Origin: Octopus vulgaris
Lineage: Eukaryota
Reading direction: 5' to 3'
Assembly: GCA_951406725.2 (NCBI GenBank)
Contig: OX597823.1
Span: 76,942,001-77,006,000, forward strand
DNA: 64,000 nt
Of this stretch, positions 23,960 to 37,013 are shown piece by piece (position 1 is the first letter of the stretch; each line of letters begins with the position of its first letter). A program made the position numbers and the translations under genes. Under the pieces are notes generated by a model. The model was not told the origin of the DNA. It worked only from the letters and a program-made list of their open reading frames with translations, and searched no databases.

Positions 23960-24188
23960 TATCTCTTGATTACCCACAAGGGGCTAAACACAGAGATGAC
24001 AAACAAGGACAGAGAAACGGATTAAGTCGATTATATCGACCCCAGTGCGTAACTGGTACTTATTTAATCGACCCCGAAAGGATGAAAGGCAAAGTCGACC
24101 TCGGCGGAATTTGAACTTAGAACGTAGCGGCAGACGAAATACCGCTAAGCATTTCGCCCGGCATGCTAACGATTCTGCCAGCTCGGTG
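23960..24188 (-). mobile_element. SINE family B with perfect 15-bp TSD
   Basis: TSD CCACATCATCATACC at 23945-23959 and 24189-24203. Confidence 0.92.
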
Positions 24189-24734
24189 CCACATCATCAT
24201 ACCTTCGAAGCAATGAGACTGGAAAGCTACATTATTATAGTCGATTTTCTGATTTTTTACTCTCTTTTAAAAAAATGCATATTTTGCGAATGAAAAAAAC
24301 TAGATAGACCCCCTTTGAGTATGTGTGACTGAGTACATGTGTTCAACTGGCGGATTCCAGAAATCCTTTAGAAATTTTCGCTGAACCCCTAATCAGCTGT
24401 AACTGGAAAATTTGAATCGGCTTGATCACTACCTTTCTAGGGCTTATGAATATTTGTAGCCACGTAGCTCAGCGCACCTATGGCGACAGGCACAAAGATC
24501 TATGAAATGGATATAGGACCTGTAGGTTTCTTTTCATTTATCTATCCTTATCTTCTAGTTGATTCAATCATTAGACTGCGGCCACTCTGGATCACAGCAT
24601 TGAAGAATCTTTAATCGAATGAATCGACCGCAGTACTTATAGTTTTGTTTTGTTTTTTAAGCTTATTCTGTCAGTTTCTTTTGCCGAATCGCTAAGTTAC
24701 GGCGACGTAAACATACCAACACCGGTTGTTAAGT

Positions 24735-25915
24735 AACACAATGCGTCACTCAAACTCTCACAGAACTGATTCTACACCTCTAATTCCATTCCTCTATCCA
24801 TCATAAATCATGTTGGTGTCACTGTTGATGTAGAAGTTACCAATCCTTGATGGTAGTATCTTTCTAGTTTAGATATCTAAGTTGCTGATTTCTTCAAATG
24901 TCCAGTTTAGTATCCTAAATGTTGCTACAAGAACTGGAACTCTGAATGCATTGTGGAATGTAATCTTATTGAATGCAGACAGATCTAACTTCCATAAATT
25001 CCAAAGTATGCCGAAGTGTTCTCTTGCTACTCTAACTTTAATCACGGAACCAGCTAATGTAATGTTCTCGCCAATCCTGTGATATTTGTAGCATTTATCA
25101 TTGGAATAGGGGAAACAGAAAGGCCATTTGTATTCATATTCCTTGCCTGGTTGACAATCTTTTCTCTATTGATTACCAAATATGAGCATTTTTCATCATT
25201 CAAATCTTTTCCTATGTCCACCAAGAATGTTGTGGCTAGTTTTATGTCTGTTGGTGTTGGGAATATAACCCGAGTACAACCCAAAATTACCAACAAAAAG
25301 CATCTGGGTGGAATTGTTTTTACTTCTTCCATCTGCAAATCCTGTCTTGTAGCTTTTGAATTTCCTTAACACAAATGACAGTATGTTTACTCTTCGGACA
25401 GAAAAAAAAAACACAACAGATAAGGTATTATCCTAAAATATTCCTGTTAATAACCTAATTCTGTTCGGAACTGTAGAAGTAGCTTCAGTTTTTATCGATA
25501 GTTCAGTTGACAATGTTATTGTCAGATTCTTAATGGTTACGAATATAACGGTTGAAATTTTGACAAGTGAGAAATAGTCAAATACTTTCTTATAGTCTAA
25601 CCATACAGTCAACGAGTTTCGGTATGGCTGTTTTTACCTCATTAAGATCAGCTTTGTTGACGAGGAGCTGTTTAGCACAGCTCCACATTCCTTTCTTTCC
25701 TCCTGCCTGCTCATCTCTTGTTTTCAGCCATTATTACTGTACATGCCACTATCTGCTAGGCCGGTACATTACGGTCAGTGTTACTTGTTCTTTTGAATAG
25801 ATTAACTAAGCTTTCTGTACCAATAAAAGACTATCCAATCTACGTTTTGCAGTTTTGCAACGGTCAGTAACGTTTCACTGTTGATATTTTAAGTGTAGTG
25901 ACGCCCTTTTGGAAG
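24735..25915 (-). pseudogene. Decayed reverse transcriptase of an R4/Dong-like non-LTR retrotransposon
   Basis: Ordered motifs on minus: EQAGGKKGMWSCAKQLLVNK; WLDYKKVFD; GIF*DNTLS; MLFVGNFGLY (FVDDLKLY equivalent); DIGKDLNDEKCSYL; CYKY; LSAFNKITFHNAFRVPVL...LNWTFEEISNLDI*TRKIL. Confidence 0.85.
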
Positions 25916-25923
25916 TCTTCAGC

Positions 25924-25986
25924 GCACATGCGCAGAGTTGGATTTCTTCCGGTAGGCCACCGGAAGTTCCCTCATGCGCATGCGCA
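25924..25986. promoter_or_regulatory. NRF1-ETS-ETS-NRF1 motif cluster
   Basis: GCACATGCGCA 25924-25934, CTTCCGG 25946-25952, CCGGAAGT 25960-25967, TGCGCATGCGCA 25975-25986. Motifs only, no evidence of activity. Confidence 0.4.
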
Positions 25987-26289
25987 GAAAACTACCAACA
26001 GCAAGATTTCCCGCTGGATCTCTCTCTTTCGAAGCTTCAGCTGAATTGAATGGACGCGTCCTCGTGGTTCTCCCAAGCAAGCCAACACGTGGAGAAGCCC
26101 TTCTACGCTGGAACGAGACAGCTTTTGGCTCAAACAATTTAACTAATGTGACTAGCCCCATGGCCCATGGCTACCGGTTCGCCCTGAAGGAAATATATGT
26201 ATATATATATTTTTTATTGCGAATCCAGAAAAATAAATATTATTTATGCTGTTGAAGATATTCGAAGTCTTGGTTTTCCTTCCGACAAA

Positions 26290-26600
26290 TAATTTAATGT
26301 AACGGGATAAGACCTGCACCCCTCAAGTGTTCCAGAGACCTTACATCGTGGTTACATAAGTTTTGGATGTGATATTTGCACATTACTCATTCAGTAGCTC
26401 ACCTAAACTCATTATATCACAGTCGCGTTGTTTGTTTACTCTCTAGATCTCTCCTCCAAATGACTCAAGATCATCTGGGGATAGGTTTTTGCAACCCTGA
26501 TGGTATGACATTCCATGCTTTGATATACTGCTAGAGGGCTTAGTGCAAACTTACGATTGATGGCATTATCTTTTAGCAGTTTCTTTGTTTTTTTTTACGA
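26290..26600 (-). pseudogene. Further fragment of an R4-like ORF (region before the RT domain)
   Basis: PDDLESF-GEI*RVNKQ...LGELLNE*CANITSKTYV resembles the FW--IW...WL--L---YC segment of this clade. Confidence 0.5.
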
Positions 26601-27176
26601 TAGCGGACTTATCGCTCGCACTTTGTATTTAAGGGCAATTTAGCTTATCAACATTTCCGGTAAACCTTAAATAACTCATCATGAAGTTACAGATGGCGAT
26701 TAGTGAATTTATTATTCATTTTGCACTTAATGACAGTTTCTAATTGTCCAATATTTTTTTCTGAGTCTGTCAATACGGGTTTAAAGAGAGGTAATTCATT
26801 TTGATTGTTTTTCTCGATACTATTGATTTCTGTTATTGCCATCTGTTGGCGAACGGTAACCGCAGCACAGTATAGCAGAACACTCAATGCCCGAAAGCTA
26901 TTATTCTCGATCTCTGCAAGGTGTTCCTTAGCTATTTAATCCATCGTGGATAACATCAGATTACATTTTCTATTGATTCGTACATTTATGTCTGTATATG
27001 TGTGTGTGTGTGAAAATAAATACTTTTAGATATTGATTCACCACATAAGATTTTTTAATAACACTTTAATTTATGAGTGTCTACTTTCTATTCTAATAAT
27101 TTACTCTTGTAATTGCTTGTTCAGTATGTAACTGTGTATGGAAGTATACACACACACAGACACACACACATATTAA

Positions 27177-27787
27177 AGGCGGCGAGCTGGCAGAAACGTT
27201 AGCACACCGGGCGAAATGCTTAGCAGTATTTCGTCTGCCGTTACGTTCCGAGTTCAAATTCCGCCGAGGTCGACTTTGCCTTTCATCCTCTCGGGGTCAG
27301 TTAAATAAGTACCAGTTACGCACTAGGGTCGATGTAATCGACTTAATCCGTTTGTCAGTCCTTGTTCGTTCTCTTTGTATTTAGCCCCTTGTGGGTGGTA
27401 AAGAAATAGGTATTTCGTCTGCCGTTACGTTCTGAGTTCAAATTCCGCCGAGGTCGACTTTGCCTTTCATCCTTTCGGGGTCGATAAATTAAGTACAAGT
27501 TACGCACTGGTGTCGATGTAATCAACTTAATCCGTTTGTCCCTTCTATGTTTAGACCCTTGTCGGAAATAACGAAATAAAAACGTTAGCACGCCGGGCAA
27601 AATACTGATCGGTATTTCGTCTGTCTTTATGTTCTGAGTTCAAATTCGGCCGAGGTCGACTTTGCCTTTCATCCTTTCGGGGTCGATAAATTAAGTACCA
27701 GTTACGCACTGGGGTCGATGTAATCGACTTTATCCCTTTGTCTATCCTTGTTTGTCCCCTCTATGTTTAGCCCCTAAATAAAGAAAT
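27177..27787 (+). mobile_element. Trimer of SINE family B
   Basis: Three consecutive cores; units 2 and 3 start at internal positions near 27409 and 27579. Confidence 0.92.
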
Positions 27788-27835
27788 AACACACACACGC
27801 ACATACATACATACATACATACATACATACAAACA

Positions 27836-27874
<39 letters not shown>

Positions 27875-28060
27875 GTATGTATGTATGTGTGTGTGTATGT
27901 GTGTATGTATGTATGTATGTATGTATGTATTCATATAATTATGTATGGATGGACGGATGGCTCGATGTGTGGTTGGATGCACATACCTATGCATGTGTTT
28001 ATACATATATACACATACATATAATATATTATTTACACTCGCACACACACACACACGCAT
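27788..28060. repeat. Compound CA/CATA/TA/TG microsatellite
   Basis: Seen directly. Confidence 0.95.
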
Positions 28061-28499
28061 TTGCTTGGTTTAGGTTGTTAATCACGTTCGTAATCAAATT
28101 GTCAGATCTGCTCAGGTCTGCTTTAAGGTGAAATCTTTGTACTGTTGATATAACGTTTACTTGTTAAATTTAAAAGAAAAACTGTAGGCTTGTTGCAGAG
28201 CGTAACATTCGGTGCATTTGTCCAAGAGGCAAGAAATGAATGTTTGATTCATATCAGCATTTTAGCTGTCAGTTTTCAATCATGAATTGTTGATTACAAA
28301 TGTGTACTGTTTAATATTGTTCACACAAAAATTTTGGCTTTTAGACTTGAACATATATCTGCACAAATATGACCAATGAGAGAACTTCAACGGAACATTG
28401 GCTGATAGACTTGTATAGAATTCTAAATTCAGTCCATAATAAGCAAAACTGCAAGATAACGTATAACAATGGTTTTATTTACATTCGCTTCTGGTCGAT

Positions 28500-30285
28500 A
28501 AATCAATGTAACTGTGACAAGCTAGACCAAGCGTATGTGGGCGTGATGGGGTGAGTAGGTTGTATGAATGTTTATAGGTAAAGTGTATACGGCTGTATAG
28601 TTTGTGTGAGATAGATATAATGGTATATGTCTTGTATACGTGTGTGTTTTTGTGTAGTATTTTGTTTATGTGTTTTATCGAATAAAAGGAGACTAGATGC
28701 AAGAATATTGTGTATGTGCCTGTGGAACGGACAGTGTGTGCCAGCATTTTGTGTGGGTGTGTATAGATATGTATGAATGACAACGTGGTTGGTGTGAAAG
28801 AAATATAACGGTGTGTTTTGTATAAAAGTTTATGTATATAAGGAGGTAAGTGTGCGTATGTGTCTGTTTCTTAGAGAAGCGAGGTAAGATACGGGATTAT
28901 ACACAATGTGTGTTCTGCAGTGTAGTTGGAATGAATGAGCCCACGGCAGTAGGGTGGGCGTAGATGGATTGTCGATAAAAGAGAAAATGGGAAGAATGAT
29001 GCAGAAGACTAAAAGATTGTGGATTGCGCATGAGGATATTAACCGTGTGTGAGAAGTCGATGTTTCGGTGTTTCCAAGGTGAACTACTCTTAAATGAAAG
29101 ATAAGATGTTGTTTACAGTTAAAACCAGAGGTCGTTGATCCAAGGTGTAAAATGACATTGCAGATAAAGAGATGCAGGTGGCAATGTTTGGAAGGGTTGA
29201 AATGACAGGTCAAAGTAATCCACTACAGTGGCCTTCTAAGAGGTGCTCCCTTAAACGGTTTGCCGATCTTATAATATCTGTTTCTCTAGTACACAAACCA
29301 CAAAGTCGACATTTTATGCGGTAAATTATGTGGTTTGTAGTTTAAATGTATTGTTCAACGGCAAAGAAGAAGAAATGGTTGTGTTGGGTGATGATGCTTT
29401 GAATGAAGAGATAGGTTATCAATGGGGGGCTGAGCAATAAAAAATTATTCTGGTGATGGAGACAGCGATCTCTTCGGAAGGAAGGGCAAAGGCATCCACA
29501 GAATATGTCGGAAGTAGTAGGAATGATACGTCAGAGCAATTAGTTAACCTGTATGGTGAGGAAATGGAGGCAGTTGGTGGTAAGGTAGATATGAAGCAGG
29601 AGGATGACAGCAATCAACTTTTGCGGGTACGACGATATGCGGTGTCAGCGGGTGGTTAGGGGTACCCACGATGTGTGACGTAATAATCATTTCGCGCGGT
29701 TGAGTTTGAACTCGAAGTCTTGATTACAGAAAGGGCGAAGGCATAGGTATTATGAATAACGGATTGCAAATTTGGTCAATGTGGTAGAACCTATTTCTTT
29801 ACTACCCATAAGGGGCTAAACACAGAGAGGGCAAACAAGGACAGAGAAACGGATTAAGTCGATTATATTGACCCCAGTGCGTAACTGGTACTTAATTTAT
29901 CGACCCCGAAAGGATGAAAGGCAAAGTCGACCTCGGCGGAATTTGAACTCAGAACGTAGCGGCACACGAAATACCGCTCAGCATTTCGCCCGGCGTGCTA
30001 ACGATTCTTCCAGCCCTCCGCCTTTACAATGTGGTAGAACCGATACAGTTGTGCAAGTTAGTGATTGTATATATTAAAAAAACAACCAGTAAAAACTGGG
30101 ATATTCAAGAAACTGGGATAGCAAGGATAGTGACAATGAAATCTAAGATAGGGTTAAAGGAGTTCATGAAAAAGATAAAAGAATTCAGCTGTTTGCAAGT
30201 TAGGGTGGTCTCTGTGGCAACCATATAGCTCAAAGGTGTGTCTGGTGAACTGGGTGAAAATTTTGAAATGCACGAACGATTATGG
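28500..30285 (-). pseudogene. Decayed Penelope-like element (RT C-terminal half, thumb, GIY-YIG C-terminus, 3' UTR)
   Basis: KIFTQFTRHTFELYG; QLNSFIFFMNSFNPILDF; TKFAIRYS*YLCLRPFC...HRGYP; HFNPSKH...KQHLIFHL, matching the PLE IPYSQFLRLRRIC...RGYP and HFN...EQ-LIF-L patterns. Confidence 0.75.
29792..30026 (-). mobile_element. SINE family B with perfect 15-bp TSD, inside the PLE fossil
   Basis: TSD CAATGTGGTAGAACC at 29777-29791 and 30027-30041. Confidence 0.92.
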
Positions 30286-31461
30286 TGGTGTCATGAAGTA
30301 AACATGCTTCAGATACACTCGTTTATTCATACAAACGTAACCGAGATGAAATATGTCATAAATAACAGTGACAAACGAAATATACACTGCCGGAATTTGT
30401 CGTTTGACAAACAACAGCAGTAATTTTATTCAGCTGAATACATGTCATTGATTGGTTGAAATTACCGAAATACGACATTCTCATCTCCATAGCCGCCACA
30501 GATATCTGCGATGATAAAATTCCTGGAAAAGAGAAGCAGTTAAGAGTGGTGCTGCAGTTCCTAACTCTCGAAATATCTTAGGCACACCTTTGTGACTTAC
30601 ACCATGAGATTTTATCGGTTCTGCACCAGTGAGATTTCAGGTTAAATTCCGCACTGTTACTGATCGATCAAATTCATATGAATGAAATTAAATAAAATGA
30701 AGCTGTGTGAAATACATTCGAAAAGACCATTCCTGCTCTTGAATGGTATATTTCATCAGTCACCCGCTTCTACACTACCTGGTCCTTAACTGAATTTTGA
30801 GGAAAACACTCTGTTGGAAGAATCTAGTCCAGGTTTCAAATCTGAGGATAACTTCCTCCCATTCTTCATTTCTTTCTTTCTTTCTTTCTGTCTTTCTTTC
30901 TCCCATCAGTCCCGAATGCCTTATAAAAGCCATGGGTGCAGCCTTTCTCTGACTAATCCATTGAAACCCCAAAAGACTCCTCTTTCCTAGTGCACAAGTC
31001 ACATATGTAAAACACTGTTGCTGCTGCAGCTGCGGCGATTACTACTACTACTACTACTACTACCACATTCTAGAAAGAACCCACTCGGAAGGACCAGTCA
31101 ATTAAATTACAAAGTTTCAGTAAACAACAAGCTTCAAACCACTTGCGCACGCACACAAAAGGAGAAACCTGTTTCGTTTCGCTGCTTCTTCTGTCGTTAC
31201 TTACAATGACCTTCGTTTCCCTGAATTAGGTGCTTGTATCTCCTCTCCATGTGAGTTTATTTGTTCCCAGAGCCAATAAGCGGAGTTTCCAGCTGATACA
31301 TGGATCTGAGGCCAAGATTGTTAAAGAGGCATCTCGTATATATATTTCTGGCCCCTCTCCTACTGCACCAAAAAAAATCACTCATAGCTCTCATGCATCT
31401 TGAAAGGGCTTTTCCAGGCCTCAAAATCATTGTTGTTCTCCCTGGCCAAATTTCTCTCGAA

Positions 31462-31800
31462 GGTCAATGTGACGAACATATAGTTCTGGGATGGGTCCAG
31501 TGAATTAGATAAAGATTTCAGTCTTCAACGTATCCAGCGTATGCTGACTACGCTAAAAATTTGGCGTAGCCAGGACCCATTCTGGTCCCCATAGCCGCCC
31601 CAATTATCTACTAATAAATTCCCTGAAAAGATTAGCAGGTGACATTGATGAAGTATTCTTCCGACAGACAGGAATAACACTGCATTTTTGTAGTTATTAA
31701 TTCACAACAAACTTAGGTATGGGTCGCACGAGGAGATTACATACGCTTTGCACCTAGTCCTCATCCGCAGATATGCTGTTTACATTCTACTGTTGCTATT
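31462..31800 (-). pseudogene. Second PLE reverse-transcriptase fragment
   Basis: AMGTRMGPGYA, AGYVE and FTGPIPELYVRHID (PLE G-AMG--P-YA and RYIDD motifs). Confidence 0.75.
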
Positions 31801-32639
31801 TACTGGTGTAGTTTAACTGGAGTGATTGATTTATTTCAGAATTCATTTAATTCGTTTAAAAAATTGGCTGATTTTAACAGATCAAAAGTGATGAACAAAA
31901 TAACTGCAAAAAGCATTGGTTTTCGTCGTTGTCGTCGTCGTCTTTTCAATGTCCACTTTTTCATGCTTGTCTTAAATCAGACTAAATGCGTTGAAGCAGA
32001 ATTCCGTCTGACCAAATGCATAGTAAAACAAAAAATTAAGGCATCTATGGAATGAATGATGCTGTCAAATCAGGATAATGCGAAAAATATATTAGTTCAT
32101 GATGCATGCTGAAGCTAACAGCAAGGTATATAAAAAGAACTTTTACGATTTCGTATTTCAATGATATGGAAGAATTCACATTCACAAAAATATGATAGTC
32201 ACATTCATCTGTTCACTGAAATGTCCGCAAGGAAATTCACGTGAAATAACCATATTTCAAATGACAATATAAAATGATTTGTGTTTTGTCAGTGAATAAA
32301 CATATCTATGTCATTGTGAGAACGGTTCTTCTCATAACCGTAAGTCGATACGAATATCTGCGTGAAAGCATGCAAAGAATGCTTTGAATAAATTGTGTTT
32401 GTCAAAATGAATATGATCATATTGTACGAGTTCGAAAATAGCATTGTGAGGGATTCTTCTGGAATTCTATCAGAATCGTTCGTTTTATAGAAATAAGTAG
32501 GATCAAGTTAAGCTTTCTGAAACAAACGAACGTACCTAAAAATAGCAATCCAGCTTCGCTGTAAAAATATCCGGGTAAAACAGTCCTGTATTTTGTGTTA
32601 CGTGTATTTGCTTCTACGTCTGCTTAACAAAATCAAGTT

Positions 32640-32771
32640 ACTCTTTTACTTCTTTGTAAGCCTAGTACTTATTCCATCGGTATCTTTTGCCGAACCGCTA
32701 GATTACGGGGACGTAAACACACCAGCATCGGTTGTCAAGCGATGTTCGGGGAGACAAAGACAGACACACAA

Positions 32772-32812
<41 letters not shown>

Positions 32813-32985
32813 CATATATACGATGGGCTTCTTTCAGTTTCCATCTACCAAATCCATTCCCAAGTCTTTGGCCGGGCCGAGGCTATAGTAGAAGACACTT
32901 GCCCAAGGTGCCACGTAGTGGGACTGAACCCGGAACCATGTGGTTGGTAAGCAAGCTACTTACCACATAGCCACCCCTGCACCTG
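32640..32985 (-). mobile_element. SINE family A
   Basis: Homologous to 780-1143. Confidence 0.9.
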
Positions 32986-33849
32986 TAAAATTTAGTATGT
33001 CAATTCCATGTCAAAAAACAGACGAGAAATTTCAGTCAAATTGACAGCAAATTTTGTTTTTGTATTTGCTTTGCAAGATTCATGTGTTGAAATATATTTT
33101 GTTGTATCACAGGAGGATCATTATGCCAATAATAAACACGCACTGATTCTATTTCACTTCTTTATTTGTCAACTAGTTTACCATTTAAACCATCTGAATA
33201 ATTGTTCGGTCATTTAAACAGCTATGTTTCATCCTAGTTAGCTGTCTTACCAATGACATGCCGTCTCTCCGCCAGGTCTACTTCAAGACTAGACATATCA
33301 CTGATGAGGTAAAAAATGGCAACGAAGGGAATTCGACAAACGTAACGACTGATCGATTGACCGAGCGACTAATCAAACACGCGATTAGTTAACTGGTTAA
33401 ATAGCTGAACAATTGACAAATAAAGAAGTGAATTACAACCAGTATGTGTGTCCCAAATTACAAGAAAAGAGAAAATTACGCAGGGAAAATTATCGTTTCT
33501 AATAAGATGAAATCGATGTCGAAATAGAATGACGTCAAAGAAAGGAAATACGTGACCCAAGAAAATATTGATGTCAAGAAGTGCCCACGACAGAGTGCTG
33601 TGCTACAGCAGTACCATATGAGAAATAAGTCTTGGTAATATGGACACATTTCGGGGCAAGTTAATGCATACAAGCTGACCTGCTTTTCTGATACACCATC
33701 AATGGCAGAGACACTACATGGTCACTAGAGCTGCTAGAAATAACAACCAAATTTTTAAATTACACAGTCGCCAGCCAGATTTTAACAATTTGAAGTGTAA
33801 CTGGCCGAAACTGTAAGGACAATTTAGCAACTTGACTGATGAGAGGAGG

Positions 33850-34650
33850 CTGCTACTACTACTACTATTACTGCTCCTCTATTACTACTACTACTACTAC
33901 CACTACTACTGCTGCTGCTGCTGCTACTACTACTACTACTACTAACATCACCACTACTATCACTACAACAAGAACTTCTACCAGCACAACCACCACCACT
34001 ACTACAACTACTACAGCAACTAACTACTACTGCCACCCCTTTAAATGCAGACACTACTAACACTACTAAATAGTTCCACGGCTACCACCATCACTAAAAT
34101 CACTACTAAAACTACTACCACCACCACCATTTCTGCAACCACTACTACTACTTCCACCACCACCATGACTATCACCATCACTACTACTATAGTTACCACC
34201 ACCATCACGACTACTAAAACTACTACTACTATCACCACCACCACCACCACCACGACTATCACCATCACTACTACTACAGTTACCACCACCATCACGTCTA
34301 CTACAACTACTACTACTATCACCACCACCATCACCACTTCCACTACCACCACCACCAGCACTGTCCACTACCACCACCACCACCACCACTTCCACTACCA
34401 CCACCAGCACCATCCACCACTACCACTTCCACTACCACCACCACCACCAACACCGTCCACTACCACCACTAGCAGCACCATCCACCACCACCATTACCAC
34501 CAGCACCAGCACCAGCAACATCCACCACCACCACTACCACTACCACCACCACTACTACCACCACCACCACCACCATCCACCACCACCACTACTACTACTA
34601 TCACCACCACCAGCACTACTACTACTACCAACACCACCACTACCACTACG

Positions 34651-34703
<53 letters not shown>

Positions 34704-35075
34704 CACCACTACTACTACTATCACCACCACCACGACTACTACAACTACTACTACTATCACCACCACCACTTCCACTACCACCACCACCACCACCGTCCAC
34801 TACCACCACCACCACCACTTCTACTACCACCACCAGCACCATCCACCACTACCACTTCCACTACCACCACACCGTCCACTACCACCACCACCAGCACCAT
34901 CCACCATCACCACTACCACCAGCACCATCCACACCACCACCACTACCACCACCACCACCACCCACCACACCACCACTACCACCACTACCACCACCACCAC
35001 TACTACTACTATCACCACCACCAGCACTACTACTACTACTACCACCACCACCACCACTACTTCTACTACAACTAC
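33850..35075. repeat. 1.2-kb (ACC/ACT)n triplet tract with higher-order duplications
   Basis: The block GTCCACTACCACCACCACCACCACTT...CAGCACCATCCACCACTACCACTTCCACTACCACC recurs near 34363 and 34795. Confidence 0.93.
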
Positions 35076-35782
35076 AAGACAGTATAAAAATTCTAGTAAG
35101 TTGACACTGTTGAGTAAGGTGGCTTTTTAATTCTCTTTTTTTTCTTCTTTAAATTTTGTCAATATGAGCGAAATGGAAATGAGGAGCGATGATGTTTGCT
35201 GTTGTTTTCTCTTCTATCCATTAAGCCTAATTAAACTCAATTAGACTCTGGCCTTATTTACAGTTAATCAAATTGAATTTATTATTTCATTTTATACTGA
35301 CATTTGCTTGGTTTATTTTTTGGCATTTTCTTTTCTTTTTTTTTTTTAGAGTGTATGTGTGTGTGTGCGTGTGTGTGCGTGTGTGTGTGTGTGTGCATGC
35401 ATGAGAGAGTATGTTAACATTGATACTCAGACATACACAGACACATTCAGACACACACATACAAGCTGTAGCATACGCACACACACACACACACACACAC
35501 ACATACATATGTGTGTGCATCAGAGCATTGTTAGTGCATATATATATGTGTGTGTGTGTTTGTGTGTGTATATACACCCATACTTGCACATACACAGACA
35601 TACACACCTGCACAAAAATGCACACATACAAAAATATATATAGAAAACATACGCTACCTCACAGACACACATACATGGATAAACATAAGTGCATGCTCAA
35701 ACGTTTGCACATACACATGCATATAATCCTGCTTTTATATCAACTTACACACACACACATACCACACATGTAGTTACATATA

Positions 35783-35992
35783 TAGGGTGAGCCAGAAGTC
35801 AGGCACCAAAACATTTGACATTTTATTTATATTAAATTATTCTCATTATTATTCATTTTGCTCATCATGTACATGTACACATGGTCATCATTATTATATT
35901 TATTTTATTCAATTTTTTAGAAGCACTGAAGCAAGACTTTGACAATTCTGTAGAGTATTGAAGTTACTGGAGCATGAATTTGGCCCACCCTG
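35783..35992. mobile_element. Short Tc1/mariner-type MITE
   Basis: TA|TAGGGTGAGCCA...TGGCCCACCCTG|TA; imperfect TIRs, TA TSD. Confidence 0.6.
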
Positions 35993-36783
35993 TACATAGG
36001 TGTCATCTCTTACTTGCTTTCACTCACTTAGTACCTGGCTACCTTTAAGTGTCTACACTGTTAAAAGCATTTCAGTCAGGTTATGGAAGGGTAATTTCTT
36101 CCCTGCAACCTCAGAAGCCCTGAAAGGGGTTATGAACAGTACCATCTCAAGACTAGGGCACAGTGGTTGCCCTGAGATTTCAGGGAGCTTTTGGGTCCAG
36201 GGGCCCAGTTCTGATCTATGTATGCTGTGGCTTGTTGTCAATAAGTACCCTGTACTTATTGTTGTCTATAAGACCCTGTACATAGATTTGCCTGGGGACC
36301 TGTAATGCGGATTAAATAACCCTTGTCATTAACTTCCCTTTTCTGGTTTTGATTATGTGTGTGTATGTGTGCGTGTGTGTTTATGTGTGCGTGTGTGTTT
36401 GTGTAATGAAAATTAACCTTAAGTCATTGAAAATTAATTAGTATCGTTGATTAGTACAACTTGCATTAAAAAGAAACAAATGGTAGTTTGTAACAAGAAA
36501 GAACAGTCCACTGTTGAAGAATTAAATTGGTCATACAAACACAACCACACACACATATACATATATGCCTACATATATGCACACACAGACATATGCATAC
36601 ATACATGCTTATACACAAACACTCACATGCAAATATATATGCATATACATTGATGCAGGCTTGCCTGTGTGTTTAAGGATTTTCCTTTCCAGTTGATTTC
36701 TTCTCCATGGCACCATGGGCAAGTGACTACTACTATAGCTTCAAGCCTTGTGAATGGATTTGATCGATGGAAACTGTACGAAG

Positions 36784-37013
36784 TGGCAAGCTGGCAGAAA
36801 CATTAGCACGCCGGGCGAAATGCTTAGCGGTATTTCGTCTGCTGTTACGTTCTGAGTTCAAATTCTGCCGCGGTCGACTTTGCCTTTCATCCTTTCAGGG
36901 TCGATAAAATTAAGTAGCAGTTATGCACTGGGGTCGATGTAATTGACTTAATCCCTTTGTCTATCCTTGTTTGTCCCTTCTATGTTTAGCCCCTTGTGGG
37001 CAATAAAGAAATA
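36784..37013 (+). mobile_element. SINE family B inserted into a family A copy
   Basis: TSD GGAAACTGTACGAAG at 36769-36783 and 37014-37028. Confidence 0.9.

Noticed and set aside
25685-25830. Strong plus-strand splice acceptor with downstream AATAAA, or a solo LTR
   Set aside because: The pyrimidine tract is the antisense of the R4-like RT motif EQAGGKKG; no LTR TSD.
34045-35130. 361-aa Thr/His/Pro-rich ORF as a mucin gene
   Set aside because: Pure ACC/ACT slippage sequence that is open by composition; it drifts between Thr, His and Pro registers, with no signal peptide or domain.
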